A program made the position numbers and the translations under genes. A model generated the notes under the pieces. It made no database searches. It saw only the letters and a program-made list of their open reading frames with translations, and was not told where the DNA came from. Source: Callorhinchus milii (Eukaryota). From it: a stretch of DNA of 64,000 nucleotides. Below, piece by piece: positions 1 through 12,386 of the stretch. The DNA is taken from positions 120,034,001-120,098,000 of the forward strand of contig NW_024704742.1 in the NCBI RefSeq assembly GCF_018977255.1. Direction: 5' to 3'. Position 1 is the first letter of the stretch. Each line of letters starts with the position of its first letter.

Positions 1-1200
1 ATATTCATTGCTATTTAGCTGCCTGTGTACTTCTAAGAGATATTGCTGTCTGTCCATGATTACAATACTGCTGCCTTTGTCTGCTGGTTTCATGACAATA
101 TCAGGGCATTCCCTGAGTTCCACTAATGCTCGTCTTTCCCTTTTTGTCAGGTTTTGGTTTAGTCTCTTTTGAGGTAGCCTCCCTACCGCTGCCATCGTCT
201 TGTCCCTTAATGTTAGTAGTTTGGGGTTTATCTGGTTATCGCTAGGGGTCCACCCAGCCGGCTTTGTAAAACTTGTTTGCCTGTTGTCGTCTATCCTCTC
301 AAATACTTCTGGGTTATGAAAGAAGTCACGCAGTTTGACCCTTCTAAAAAAAATTCTTCTAGATCCTGGCTCAATTTTGGTCGGCAGGGATTATCAGTAG
401 GCACAAATGTCAGTCCTTTATTTAATACGCTAGCCTGTGCCATTGTAGGCGTGAATGCCTGGGAGACGGTAAGAAAGGTTTATCCCCAGGCCCAGGTCCT
501 ACTTTTCTGGGGCTCCTGTGCTTATTAGTTTAAATGTGCTGACCAGTGTTTAATCATGGTCTGGGCTGTGTCTTTTGTCCAATGTATTTTGTTCCCTGTT
601 CTACCCTGAATTGTTTGGGTGGGATTGCCGGAATGCCCTGTTGTTTATTTTTTATAAATGCATTGACTTCTTCTAGTGTGACCCTCTCGGATGTTCGCAG
701 ATCCGGGCTGAAATTAATTTCCGCGACCTGGATTTAGGCGTTAGGAAAGTAGTTTTGCCCTTTTCACCGTGGCTTGCAGCTGTTTAGTCGCAGTCTTTGG
801 CTGCTGACTCTGGTTGTGGATATCGATTGAGAACATGACTTTGCGAGTTTTGTGGCAGGGCTGAGTCCCGCTCAACAAGCAATCTATATGGTGGAAGTTT
901 GCCTCTGGAAAAGCGTCTACTTGTGTCGCTATTAGGACAACTCCTTATCTTTGTCATGTTCTCATCTCCAATTATCATTACCGGCCTACTGGGTTTTAAC
1001 ACCCAGTCTGACCTTTTTCTGTCACGCAGTTTGACCCTTCTAAAAAATTCTTCTAGATTCTGGCTCAATTTTAGTCGGCAGGCGTTATCAGTAGGCACAA
1101 ATGTCAGTCCTTTATTTAATACGCTAGCCTGTGCCATTGTAGGCGTGAATGCCTGGGAGATGTTTATAATGTTTGTCCCCAGGCCCAGGTCCCGCTTTTA
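1..1200 (-). mobile_element. Penelope-like element (Neptune-type) fragments: SGNH-like ORF remnant plus two copies of the RT-ORF N-terminus
   Basis: ORF 784-1137 begins AQASVLNKGLTFVPT (PLE N-terminal L-x-KGL-x-F-x-P motif), followed by RPVMIIGDEN (GDS-like block). Segment ~323-525 is repeated at ~1021-1197. Confidence 0.7.
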
Positions 1201-1507
1201 GGTTAGGTTAGGGTTAATAATGAGGATAAGGTTTTTTTGGGTCCAGGTCAGGTGTTGGGGTTTAGTTATTCGCTGGTCTAGTCTGTTTTACTGGGTGTTT
1301 AATCTCTCCGTGTCACTATCCGTAACTTCTTGATCCAGTCCCTCTTTCTTTCCCCTGTACTATGGTCCATGCCCATGACTTCCATTGATTCCTCCCCATC
1401 TACAAAATTCTATAAAATGTTTGTTTATTAGTTTGTCCCTATATTTAATGACACTGAGGTGGCCCATGAGCTCTGTGCGAAATGTATTTCCCATTTCCAC
1501 AATATCT

Positions 1508-1570
1508 AAGCGCTTTGGGATGTCCTCCCGACGTGAAAAGCGCTATATCAAATGCAAGGATTATTATTAT
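1508..1570 (+). mobile_element. 3' tail fragment of the tRNA/Deu-SINE
   Basis: aagcgctttgggatgtcctcccgacgtgaaaagcgctatatcaaatgcaagg(att)n is nearly identical to the SINE end at 53893-53963. Confidence 0.85.
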
Positions 1571-1574
1571 GTAA

Positions 1575-2332
1575 GATATGGCATCTTTTGCATCTAATTG
1601 CACATCTAATTGGTATAATTTTTCCAGCTTCTGTTTGGGCCCATGGGGGTGCCAGGTTACCAAGGAATTTGGACTTGATTCCCCTGAGGACTTGTTTAGT
1701 GTAACCCCCTCTGACTGCTGTAAACAGTGTTGTGGTTGCCCTCAAATCCTCCCAATTTGAGCAAATTCGGTGGAATGGTGTTAGGTGGGATTTGATCAGG
1801 CCCCGGAAGGTGTGTTGCGGGTGGTAGCTTTTAGTGTGTAGTAGCGCGCGTGTGTCCATTTCCTTAAAGTATACTTTTGTACCTAGTTTGTGGTTGTCGT
1901 CTTCCCTTTTGTACACTGTGGTGTCCAGGAAGTTTATCCTATATTTATCTGTTACTGCCTTTACTTTAATAGAGCGGTGGTGGTTGTTTAATATGTTCAT
2001 AAATCCCTGGAAATATGTGTCTGTGTCCATACGTCAAATATTTTGTCCAGGTACCTGTGATAAGAAATTGGGAGCTTGGAGTAGTTCTGGAGAACATTAT
2101 TCTCTCATTCCGCCATATAAATGTTTGCATAGGCCGGGGCAAATTTTTGCCCATCGCCGTGCCCTTCACCTGAAGATAGAAATCCCCATCAAACTCAAAG
2201 TCATTTGTGGTGAGGCCCAGTTTCAGTCATTTTATCAGCTGGTCTTACTCGGTTTGGATATTGTGCCTGGGAGATGTTCACAATGTTCGTCCCCAGGCTC
2301 AGGTCCCGCTTTTCTGGAGCTCCTGTGCTTCT
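1575..2332 (-). mobile_element. Penelope-like element RT core/thumb fragment (degenerate)
   Basis: Frames give FYLQVKGTAMG, RYLDKIF (YLDD-like), INFLDTTVYK, TKVYFKEMDTRALLHTKSYHPQHTFRGLIKS. Frameshifted. Confidence 0.85.
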
Positions 2333-4668
2333 TACAACTACTACTACTTGGATTTATATAGCGCACTCCACGCCAGATGGCGTCTCAGAGCCCTTCACAG
2401 TAACAGATCACGAGGCCGAGCCAGGGGGAGGGGAAGGAAGGTGACCAAAAGCACGGTCGAAGAGAAAGTTCTTCAGCCGAGATCTGAAAGTAGGAAGAGA
2501 GGGGGCGAGGCGAAGGGTGTGAGGAAGGGAGTTCCAGAGTCTCGGGGCAAAGTGGCTGAAGGCACGGCCGCTGAGAGTGGAGCGGAAGACTCGGGGGACG
2601 AGGAGGAGGCCAGACCCGGTGGAATGAAGGCAACGGGCAGTGTTGAGAGGAGGTCAGAGAGGTAGGGGGTTGCAGATGACTGGAGGGATTTGAAGACAAG
2701 GGTGAGGAACTTGAAGTCGATCCTCTCTGGGACAGGCAGCCAGTGCAGTCTGGCAAGGACTGGGGTAATCGGGGAACGGAGTTTGGTGTGGATAAGAATG
2801 TGGGCGACAGAGTTTTGTATGACCTAGATTTTATGGATGGTAGTGGAGGGGAGACCGGCGAGGAGGGCGTTTGAATAGTTCAGCCGAGAGGTGACAGAGG
2901 CATGGACCAGTGTTTCAGCGGCTTTTGGAGTGAGGTGTTGGCGGAGACGGGCATTGCGTCGGAGGTGGAAGAAAGCGGTACTGGTGAGGGACCGGATATG
3001 GGGGAGGAAGGACAAAAGGGGATCAAACCTGACGCCTAGGTTGCATACGGGTTCAGAGAGGTTCAGGGGGAGGTCGGGTAGGTGGAGGAGGTGAGAACCG
3101 TGTGATTTTAGACATTGACGAGAGCCAAAGAGTATGGCTTCCATCTTGTCAACGTTCAGCTGTGTTCATCCAACTCCTGATGTCTGACAGGCAGGCTGAC
3201 AGAACATCAGGGGACTGGAGGTCGCAAAGTGAGGTGGAAAAATAGAGTTGGGTGTCGTTCGCATACATATGGAAGTGTACACCCTGTCTGCGGATGACAT
3301 CCCTAAGAGGGAGCATATCTATCAGAAAGAAGAGGAGGCCAAGGATGGATCCTTGGGGTACCCTGCAGGTAACCAGGTCAGAGCGGGTGGAGAAGCCGTT
3401 TGTGCAGATGTCCTGCTGGTGGTTCGTGAGGTAGGACTCGAACCAGGCGAGTGCGGTCCCACTGAGGTGGATGACAGAGGAAAGACGGTGGAGGAGGGTG
3501 GCGTGATGGACTGTGTTGAACGCGGTGGAGAGGACAAGAAGGCAAAGGGAGCCCTGGTCACAGATGGAGAGGATGTCATTTGTGACTTTCACAAGTGCAA
3601 TCTCTGTACTGTGGGCAGGGCGGAAACCGGACTGGAGGGGTTTGAAGAGGGAGTGGGAAGAGAGGTATACGCAAAATTGATTTGCAACAACGCATTCCAG
3701 GACTTTTGCGAGGAAGGGCAGGTTTGAAATAGGGCGGTAGTGGCTGGGGCTTGAGGGATCTAGGGAAAGTTTTTTGAGGAGGGGATGATGACAGCAGTTT
3801 TGAGGGGGGCAGGGACTGATCCAGAGGAGAGGGACTGGTTGATGGCTTCAGCCATTAGTGAGTAGAGGAGGGGGAGCTGGGTGAGCAGTAAGTTGGTGGG
3901 GAGGGTGTCGAGGCAGCAGGTGGTGGGTTTCATTGAGGTGATGGTGGGTGAGAGGGAGGAGGGAGAGATGGGGAGGCAGGAATGTAGGATTAGGGTTGTG
4001 GTAGGAACTGATGATGGGGATGGTGAGGGGGATGGAGAGGAGGTGGTGGTGGGTGACAAGAGGCAGGAGGATGAGGCTGCCTTGCGGATGTTGTGTATTT
4101 TGGATGAAAAGAAGTCCACGACCTCTTCGCACTTGGCATTGGATATGGAGATTGAGGGGGCCTGAAGGGGCGCATGTAGGAGGTAGTAGGTGGTGGGGAA
4201 AAAAGGACTTTAGGATTGGTTTTAGCCTCCAAGATGATGTTGGAGTAGAAGGCTGTTTTTGCGTGTGTCAAAGAACGACGGTAGCTGTGGAGATGCTCGA
4301 ACTACAGTTGGCGGTGGACTGTCGGGCCAGTTTTCTGCCATCTGCGCTCGAGCAGCCGGGTTTGGGTTTTTTTGGCAGCAGAGATGATTGTTGTACCAGG
4401 GGGATTAGGTGAGTTTGGAGATGGTCCTGGATTTCAGGGGGCCAAGGGAGTTGGAAGGTAGAGGAGAGGCGATCATGGAGCAGCTGGACAGCTGCTTCAG
4501 CATCTCCGCAGGTGGTAGGTCAGAGGGATAGGATATTTGATGATGTGAGGGTCTCAGGGGGTAGCCTTTTCCATGTGTGGAAGAGAATGGTTGAGGGCTT
4601 GGTGGAGGAAAGAGGGATGTGAGAGGAGAAGGAGCTGAGGAAATGGTCCGAGATGGCCTTGTCATTCT
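2333..4668 (-). mobile_element. L2 LINE family B, decayed
   Basis: 3' stem-loop and (TAG)n/(TTG) tail at 2333-2400. RT fragments VPQGSILG, HMYANDTQLYF, AETLVHASVTSRLNY. Multiple frameshifts. Confidence 0.85.
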
Positions 4669-5092
4669 CAGTTTGAATGTCTGGACCAGTGTTTGATCAT
4701 GGTCTGGGCTGTGTCCTTAGTCCAATTAATTTTGTTGATTCTATCTTGTTTGACTCTAAACTGACTGGGATTGCCGGGATGCCCTCTTGTTTATTCACAA
4801 TAAATTTGTTAATTTCCTTTCTATCCAAGTTCTGGCTAAAATTAATTTCAGTGACCTGAATTTGGACATTGGGGAACCTTAGCCTTGCTCTCTTTATTAA
4901 GGCCTGCAGTTGTTTAATTGCAGTCTTTGGCTGCCCGACTATGGTTATGGATTCCAAGTGAGACTATGACTTTCCAGGTTTCCTGGAAGGGCTGTGTCCT
5001 GCTTAATAAGTTATTCACATAATGGAAATTTGCCTCTGGAAAAGCCTCCACGTGTGTCCTTATTGGGACCAAACACTATCTTTGAAAGGTTA
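4669..5092 (-). mobile_element. PLE-associated SGNH/esterase-like ORF fragment
   Basis: Frames give AFPEANF...KVIVSLGI...ARLRFPNVQIQVTEINF. Homologous to 530-1010 and duplicated at 17576-18000. Confidence 0.55.
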
Positions 5093-7063
5093 TTCATAGA
5101 TTCATAGAATATTACGGCACAGAAGGAGACCATTCGGCCCATCGAGTCTGTGCTGGCTCTTTGACAGAGCAAGTCACTTCCACTAACCCCAATCACCAGC
5201 TTTCTCCCCATAATCCTGCAAACCCGTCTTCCCCAGATACCTATCCAGTTCTCTCTTAAAAGCTGTTAGCGAATCGGACTTCACTGCCCTTTCAGGCAGA
5301 TCATTCCAAATTCGAACAACTCGCTGAGTGAAAAAATTTCTTCTATCGTCCACTCTGCTTCTTTTGGTAGATATCTTAAGACTGTGACCACGGGTCACAG
5401 ACACACCTGTCGAACCCAGTTACGATGTGCGATTGCTCTTGGTGACCTGAAACTCAACACGGAGTCAGTGCGGCATTCACATTACAAGCTTTATTACTCA
5501 TACATATATGGGGTGCAGAGCAGTAGCAACAACCTTCTTTTAGTGTTGCTCCCTGCACTGCACACCAACTAGGTGAAACATCTCACCTTTATACAGATCT
5601 CATTGTACCATGGGTCAATCAACAGTCACGAGGAGACATTCCAACTTGGTTACATTTCGACATGTACTGTCTCGTGACGGGATGTCTGCTTTTGTGTGAC
5701 CTTTGGGACAACATGAGACAATAACTCTATCCTTCATTATTGGGCACATACTGATAAAACATGATTAGACAATACAATTGCTGATGCTGCTAAACAATAT
5801 CAGAACCCGGTACTGATACCAGACATGATACCAGAATTCGGTACTGATACCAGACATTTGTTATCCATATCGAATGTCTACCGGGTAAACCATTAAGCTG
5901 AATTTAAACAATTTCAAAATACTTGTCACGAGCGTCCGTCCTCTTACGTGCTAAGCTTTACAATAACATGCTTGACCTTACTTGCTCCTTTTGGCCTCTC
6001 ATACATATGGCCTGCTTGATTGCTAACTTGCACAATTTGCTAAAATGCTGTATTCGCTTTCCACACACCTACCAGCGGAAACAGCTTTTCCCTATCTCGC
6101 CTGTCGAAACCTTTCATGATCTTGAAGACCTCTATCAGGTCCCCGCGTAACCTTCTCTGCTCTAATGGGAAAAGTCCTAACTTCTCCAGCCTGTCCTCAT
6201 AGCTAAGGTTCCCCATTCCTGGTATCATTCTCGTGAATCTCCTCTGCACCCTTTCCAGTGCCTTAATGTGCTTCCTGAAGTTAGGTGCCCAGAACTGGAT
6301 GCAGTACTCCATCTGAGGCCTAACAGGCATTTTGTATAGATTAACCATAACCTCCCTAAGATCCCTACCAGAGATCACCACCTTGGATGTTCTGGACTTG
6401 AGTTTGCTCTCCAGCTTTTGATACTTGCCCTGCAGCATCTCAGCTCTTTTACCAATATCGTGGGTCCCCACATGGACCACGACTTCTGGACATTCTCCTT
6501 CCCCCCCCAAAGAATCTTGTCCATGCGCTCTGAAGTCCACTGCTGTCCTCACGAGAGGCTTCCACGCTCTCGATAGCTAATGTTGAGTACCGATTAGAGA
6601 CTGGTACTCTGTTGGGGGTGCTCTGCCTTGAACAAGCCCTCTTCTTGCCCCGTCGCACTGTCACCCAATCACTTTTAGCATGAATGAAGGGTGGCTGTGT
6701 GTTGGGCTCCTCTGGGAGTGGTCCTTTTCTTGAACTCTGACCTCCCGATAGCTCCAGTACCCCTCTCTCATGGCTGCTATACAGGATGGGCTGCTATAAC
6801 CGAGTCCTAGGGCAGTGAGGGTCTCCTCCACCATGCTGTCCAGGAACCTCTCACTGTCCCTGATGGAGCGCAGTGTCTGCACCTGAGACTCCAGCTCAGC
6901 TATTCTAAGTTGGAGCTTGTTCAGTTGCAGACATTTGATGCAGATGAAGTCACCTGGGCTTAGGTTGCCCTCCATCAACTCCCACATACCACATTCCTCA
7001 CACATCACCAGCCAGGCCAGTATCTATCTCCTCTTCGTTCCCCTTAGATATATAACCTGCACC
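5093..7063 (-). mobile_element. CR1 LINE, internally deleted (ORF1 joined to ORF2 C-terminus), interrupted by a solo LTR
   Basis: ORF1 zinc motif CEECGMWE..FICIKC and esterase VVVHVGTHDIG. ORF2 end EYCIQFWAP...RRLRGDLIEVFKI...TRGHSLKI...FFTQRVVRIWN. (TCTATGAA)2 tail at ~5093-5108. Confidence 0.9.
5408..6065 (-). mobile_element. ERV solo LTR with 4-bp TSD
   Basis: TGT...ACA termini with TSD CACC (5404-5407 / 6066-6069). Homologous to the ERV-A LTRs. The CR1 frame EKLFPLVG|VSVTRGH resumes across it. Confidence 0.92.
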
Positions 7064-7818
7064 TGTAGAGTTGTAACTTTTTTGTTCGTCCCAACCGTCG
7101 TCTTGCAAACAGACCACACACCGTGGATACAGCCAAAGTAAGATTTAATTGCAATTGCAAGAGCTGATTCAAGAGCAGTCAACAGTCTCTAAGAAGAGCA
7201 CCAGACAGTCAAAAGAATGAGCTGCCGATGGTCAGTTAAAGCTGCCTTTTTATACCCAAAAAGTGCTGAAGTTTGCAATACATACAAAGGCAGTAAAAAT
7301 AGTATTATCAATCATGTGGCTCCAACAACTATTCAAATGGTGATGTCAATCAATCCATATCTTTTAACAAGGTTAAATGTTTTCTACTGATTAGTCTCTA
7401 TTCATGCTGATTATTATTCTTTAAGAGTTAAGGAAATACAATTGTCATAGAGTATGTACCTGATTAATACCGTTGTCTAAAATACACAAGATATATTCTA
7501 AAGCTAACTAACAAGAATGTAACCTTTAAATTTATAACACAGAGTAAGTAATAATGAAGGAAGGGGCCCCAGGTTAGGGGAGGATTCAGGGACGTTTGAG
7601 ACATAAGCTTATCTCCAGATGGTGTTTGTGTCAAACAATGTCTCATTTATTTCAAGGTTTGCAGAAGTTACTGTTTCCCTGCTTCTGTGAAATGCCCAGA
7701 TAAGGATGCAGCTGGCATTGTGCCGAGTCTGGGTTTCCCAGGACTTGCTTCTGTTCATCTAATCGTTGGTTAAAAGGTATAAAATTATTCCTAGGTATAA
7801 AAGATTTTTTTTTCTACA
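7064..7818. mobile_element. LTR-like element (solo, no matching TSD)
   Basis: Inverted termini TGTAGA...TCTACA, AT-rich and non-coding. The two flanks are unrelated elements. Confidence 0.55.
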
Positions 7819-8863
7819 ATCTCACACGGGGAGGAGCATGGCTTCTCCAATGTCGGATCTTTTTGGTGGGACATATACAAGGTGGACCATAGTCACTTCC
7901 CTATTTCGTTGCATATCTGGGTTAAAATCGATGGGTAACCATTGGCGGATTTGATCCTTGGAGACCAAAGAGGGTAAGCAACCTGCTTCCAGGTCATTAA
8001 GGTGTTGGCGGTACTGCTTGATCATGTAAGATCCTAACATACTACATGATGTAGCCTTGGATAGCTGTTGCTCTCCCACCTGCTGATTGTTTGATACAAT
8101 TAAATTGTTGACTGAGGTGTTTATATTCTGTAACTTTTGAGAAAAACCCAACGCTGAATCCAGGATGAGCAGTTGCTCCTTCAGCATATTGTCAGTAGTC
8201 ACCCACTTTTGGCCCCAAATTTGCTGAAGTTGCACCCTTAAATCTACCTGATGACTCATGAGGGATTCTACATCTACTCGATTCCATGTGGAAAAGGTCC
8301 CGGTGGCTACTACACCAACCCATTCTGCCACGTCCCTCTTATTACGTTTGGGCGCTAATCCCCCTTGGTAAACCCCTCCCTCCCAAAGCCATCCCTTTAT
8401 TCCTCTGTAGGAATTTCTGAAATATTTCTTTTTGTAGGGCATGGAAGAAGTTTTGATAGCTCTCTGAGTAAAGTGAGGTTAAAATGTAACGTAACTGGTA
8501 CATATTTGCTCTGCACTTTAGAATACAACACTTTGTACGCGCTCTCCCGCTAGTCTATTTTCCGGGCCTGGTTTGGTCTCTGGGCATGTCACATTTTCTT
8601 CTGTGATCGGTATTACTCGCATTCGAATGGTCGTGATGTCCGTGTAAGCATATGTTCCTTCTGGGTCTTATATGGAGCAGTTATAGTAGCCTTGGTGCCG
8701 GTGGTACACATATGGGAACATCAAGTCCTGTTCTTGGATTGTCGGAATACCTTGGCGCGTTCCTTGCATCAGCACTCCCCACGTTCCGATCGGGGTATCA
8801 TCAGGGGTTCTGATGCGACTTCGCTGCAACTGAACGGTGTCGTTACTTGGACTCTTAATGATG
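7819..8863 (-). pseudogene. env: Env-like class I fusion protein fragment (lokiretrovirus-like), 3'-truncated
   Basis: ORF 7822-8442 has a furin site KRNKR, a hydrophobic fusion-peptide-like segment (DVAEWVGVVATGTFSTWN) and a heptad-rich region. It lacks the gamma-type QNRxxLD/CX6CC motifs seen in the ERV envs here. Confidence 0.6.
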
Positions 8864-11796
8864 CAACAACAAGATCCCACTTACAGAGCGCCTTTCACGT
8901 TGGGAGGACGTCCCAAAGCACTGGACAGTTGGGTCAGGACCCGAGCAGGGGGGAAATGGTCAGGGCAAGGGAGGGAGCGAGGAGGGGGGAAATGGTCAGG
9001 GGGAGGGAAGGGAAGAGAGGAGGCGTGGAGGGGGTAGAGAGTTGAGAGGGGAGCTGAAGGCACGGTCAAAGAGAAAGGTCTTGAGACCGGCCTTGAAGGA
9101 GGAAAGGGAGGAAGCAAGGCGAAGGCACTGGGGGATAGAGTTCCAGAGCCTCGGGGCTGAGAGGCTGAAGGCCCGGCCACCGATGGTAGGGCGGTTGGGG
9201 CGGGGGATGTGGAGCAGACCGGAGCCAGAGGAACGGAGGGTACGGGCAGGTAGGTAGGGGGATAGTAGGTTGGAGAGGTAGGAGGGAGCGAGGCCGTGAA
9301 TGGCCTTGAAGGTGAGGATGAGGATCTTGAATTCGATCCTCTGGGGGATGGGGAGCCAGTGGAGGCGAGCGAGGGTGGGAGTGATGTGGTCCCGAAGCCT
9401 GGTGCGGGACAGTACACGAGCTGCAGAGTTCTGAATGACCTGCAGCTTGTGGAGGGAGGTGCCGGGAAGGCCGGCGAGGAGAGAGTTCCCATAGTCCAGC
9501 CTTGAGGTGATAAAGGCGTGGACCAGAGTTTCAGCAGCGTGAGGGGTGAGGTAATGCCGTAGTCTGGCGATGTTCCGGAGGTGATGGAAGACGGTGCCAG
9601 TTGTGGCGCGGATGTGAGGGAGAAAGGACAGCTCAGGGTCGAACAGAACCCCGAGGTTCCTGACTGGCTTTGAGAGGTGGAGAGTGCAGCCTCGGATGCT
9701 GATGCTGTCAGCGCCTGAGGTGCGGAGGCGCTGACGTGAGCCAATCAGGAGGGCCTCAGTTTTATGCACGTTGAGCTGAAGAAAGTTGTCGCTCGTCCAG
9801 GACTCGATGTCGGACAGGCAGCTGTCAGGACATCAGTGGTCGTGGAGTTGAGGGTAGAGGAGGAAAGGTAGAGTTGGGTGTCATCCGCATACATGTGGAA
9901 GTTAACCCCATGTCTGCGGATGATGTCACCGAGGGGGAGCATATAGAGGGTGAAGAGGAGGGGACCGAGGACAGAGCCCTGAGGGACACCACATGAGACA
10001 GTGCGGGGCGTGGAGGAGAAGCCATTTGTCGAGACAAAGTGAAGACGGTGAGAAAGGTACGACCTAAACCACTCAAGGACAGGGCCTTGAAGGTTGAGGT
10101 GGGAGGACAAGCGGTGGAGGAGGATAGCGTGGTCGACCGTATCGAATGCTGCCAATAGGTCGAGGAGGCAGAGGGAGCCCTGGTCGCAAATGGTCAAGAT
10201 GTCATTGGTGACCTTGACCAGGGCGGTTTCTGTGCTATGGGCAGCACGGAAACCCGACTAAAGGAGTTCGAATAATGAATGGGTGGAGAGGAAAGAGCGC
10301 AGCTGGGAGACGACAACTTGCAAGGACCTTGGACAGGAAGGGGAGGTTGGAGATGGGCCGGTGGCTTGATAGCTGTGACGCATCAAGGGAGGGTTTTTTT
10401 CAAAGTGGGAGTGATGATGGCAGTTTTTAGGGGAATAGGAACAGAGCCAGAGGAGAGGGACAGGTTGATGATGTCTGTGATAAGTGGGGCAAGGAGGTGG
10501 AGCTGAGATAAGGAGTGGAGTGGGGATGGGGTCAAGGGAGCAGGTGGTGGGTTTCAGGGACAGGATGAGTTTGGTGACAGAGGGTTGGGAAACGGGTTCG
10601 AAGGTGTGTAGGGGAGGATGGGTAGGAGTCGGAGTGTGGGAGGGAAGGGGTGGGGGGTGGGTGGAAGTTGGAGGGGGAGTGACCGCAGAGCGGATTCCCT
10701 TGATTTTGGATTCAAGGAAATCCAGTGTCTCCTCGCAGTGAAGGTTGGAGGAGATGACCTGCGCGGGGGGGACGGAGGAGTCGGGATGTGGTAGAAAACA
10801 GAAGCCTGAAGTTGTTCTTCGCCTCCAGGATTATCCTGGAGTAGAAGGACGATTTGGCTGAGGCTAGAGTGGAGCGGTAGATTTTGAGGAGGTCCAGCCA
10901 GATTTGTCGGTGGACCGTTAGGCCAGATTTGAGGCAGGTGGGTTCAGCGGCCCACACCTGGCTCTTCAGTGAGCGGAGGTGGGTGGTGAACCAGGGGGAG
11001 GAGCGAGAGTAGGAGACAGTTTGGGAGGTGATGGGGGCAAGAGTGTCGAGTGTGGAGGAGAGGGTGTTGTGGAGGAGGGTGAGAGGAGAAGAGGGGTCAG
11101 TGAGGGTTGTAGGCCAGAGGGAGAGGAATTCAGAGGACTCCAAGGCAGCGGTTAGGGATTGTGGGGCTAACTTCTTCCAGGGGCGGTAGAAGATGGTGGT
11201 GACACTGAGGCCCCGGGTGATCAACAAATCGAGTGGGTGGCCATGACTGTGAGTGCAATAGTTGATGTGGAGGGAGAGGTTGAGCGAGGAGAGCAGGGAA
11301 GAGAAGTCCAAGGAGTGGAGCAGGAGGGGGTGAAGTGCAGGTTGAAGTCGCCCAGGATGATGAGGCGATCAGAGCAGAGGCAGAGAGATGTAAGAAGTGT
11401 CGAAATATCAGAGATAAAGGTGGGAGAGGTGTTAGGGGCCGGTATAGGAGGATGATTTTGAGTGAGAGGAAGGAGGGGTGGGAGAGGGTGAGGTGCTCGA
11501 TAGAGGGGAACGAGCCAGAGGAGTAGGGGGATAGGGCAAGTGGTGTCCTTGAGATAAGGGCTACACCACCGCCACGGCGGTTGGGGCGGGGGATGTGGTG
11601 GGCAGTGTAGCCGGGTGGTGTGGCCTCCGTGAAGGGGAAGGTGTCACCTGGGGTGAGCCAGGTTTCCGTTAAGGCCATGATGTCAACGCTCTCATCAAGG
11701 ATGAGATCATTGATGACCAGGGCCTTGTTACAGAGGGAGCGGACGTTTTGTATTCTGATGTGGAGGGAGCGGTTGACAGAAGGGTGTGGAGGGAGG
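8864..11796 (-). mobile_element. L2 LINE family A, near full length, frameshifted
   Basis: (CAA)n tail on plus. APE endonuclease (QNVRSL, ALTETW, GGGVA) and RT ([18 protein letters not shown]). Confidence 0.95.
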
Positions 11797-11799
11797 TAC

Positions 11800-12385
11800 A
11801 TATATAAAATAGTGTATATAATTGACATTGATTAAAATTAGGTTAAATAAAAACAGCTCATTGAGCAGACATTTATTCGATATTTATTCACATATCAATG
11901 AGAATGTGAGAAGCTCACTCAATGGGAAGAATGAAAGCGCTGATATGCGTTAACCAGACAATTGAAGTCAGGCATCGTCTCCATTGTTGCAATGCGGAGA
12001 ACTGCTGCAAGGTGGTCATCGGTCATTCGCAGATCTATATTTTAATTTATTGAATTTCATCACAGAAAATGTCTCCTCGCATATGTATGTCCAAACAGCA
12101 CAAGCATTCTCCGGGCATGAGTCTTTATATTTTGAAAGGTATATTCATTAAGAGAGGCATAAAAACCGGGAAGCGGCACTAATTTGAATTGCTCCGCAAG
12201 CAATAGATCACATTGAAGGTCAATAAGCTGGAGTTGGAGGTCAAATGGGGCTTTGTCAACATCAAATGAGAAAGGTAGAGACCAAAGACAGGTCATTTTC
12301 GATCAAATTGAAATCCTGGATTCGGTGAGAAAATTTGTCGTGTAAGTCAAGTAGTGACGAAGTATACTTTTATAAGTGACCGTCT
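11800..12385 (-). mobile_element. hAT (SPIN/Charlie, GTF2IRD2-like) transposase C-terminal remnant
   Basis: LQLQLIDLQCD...RMLVLFG, then in the next frame TYICEETFSVMK...MTDDHL: hAT dimerisation domain. Confidence 0.8.
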
Positions 12386-12386
12386 C

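Noticed and set aside
11800..12385. Host gene exon (GTF2IRD2/EPM2AIP1-like)
   Set aside because: A frameshifted, isolated C-terminal fragment among TEs; better explained as a hAT transposon remnant.
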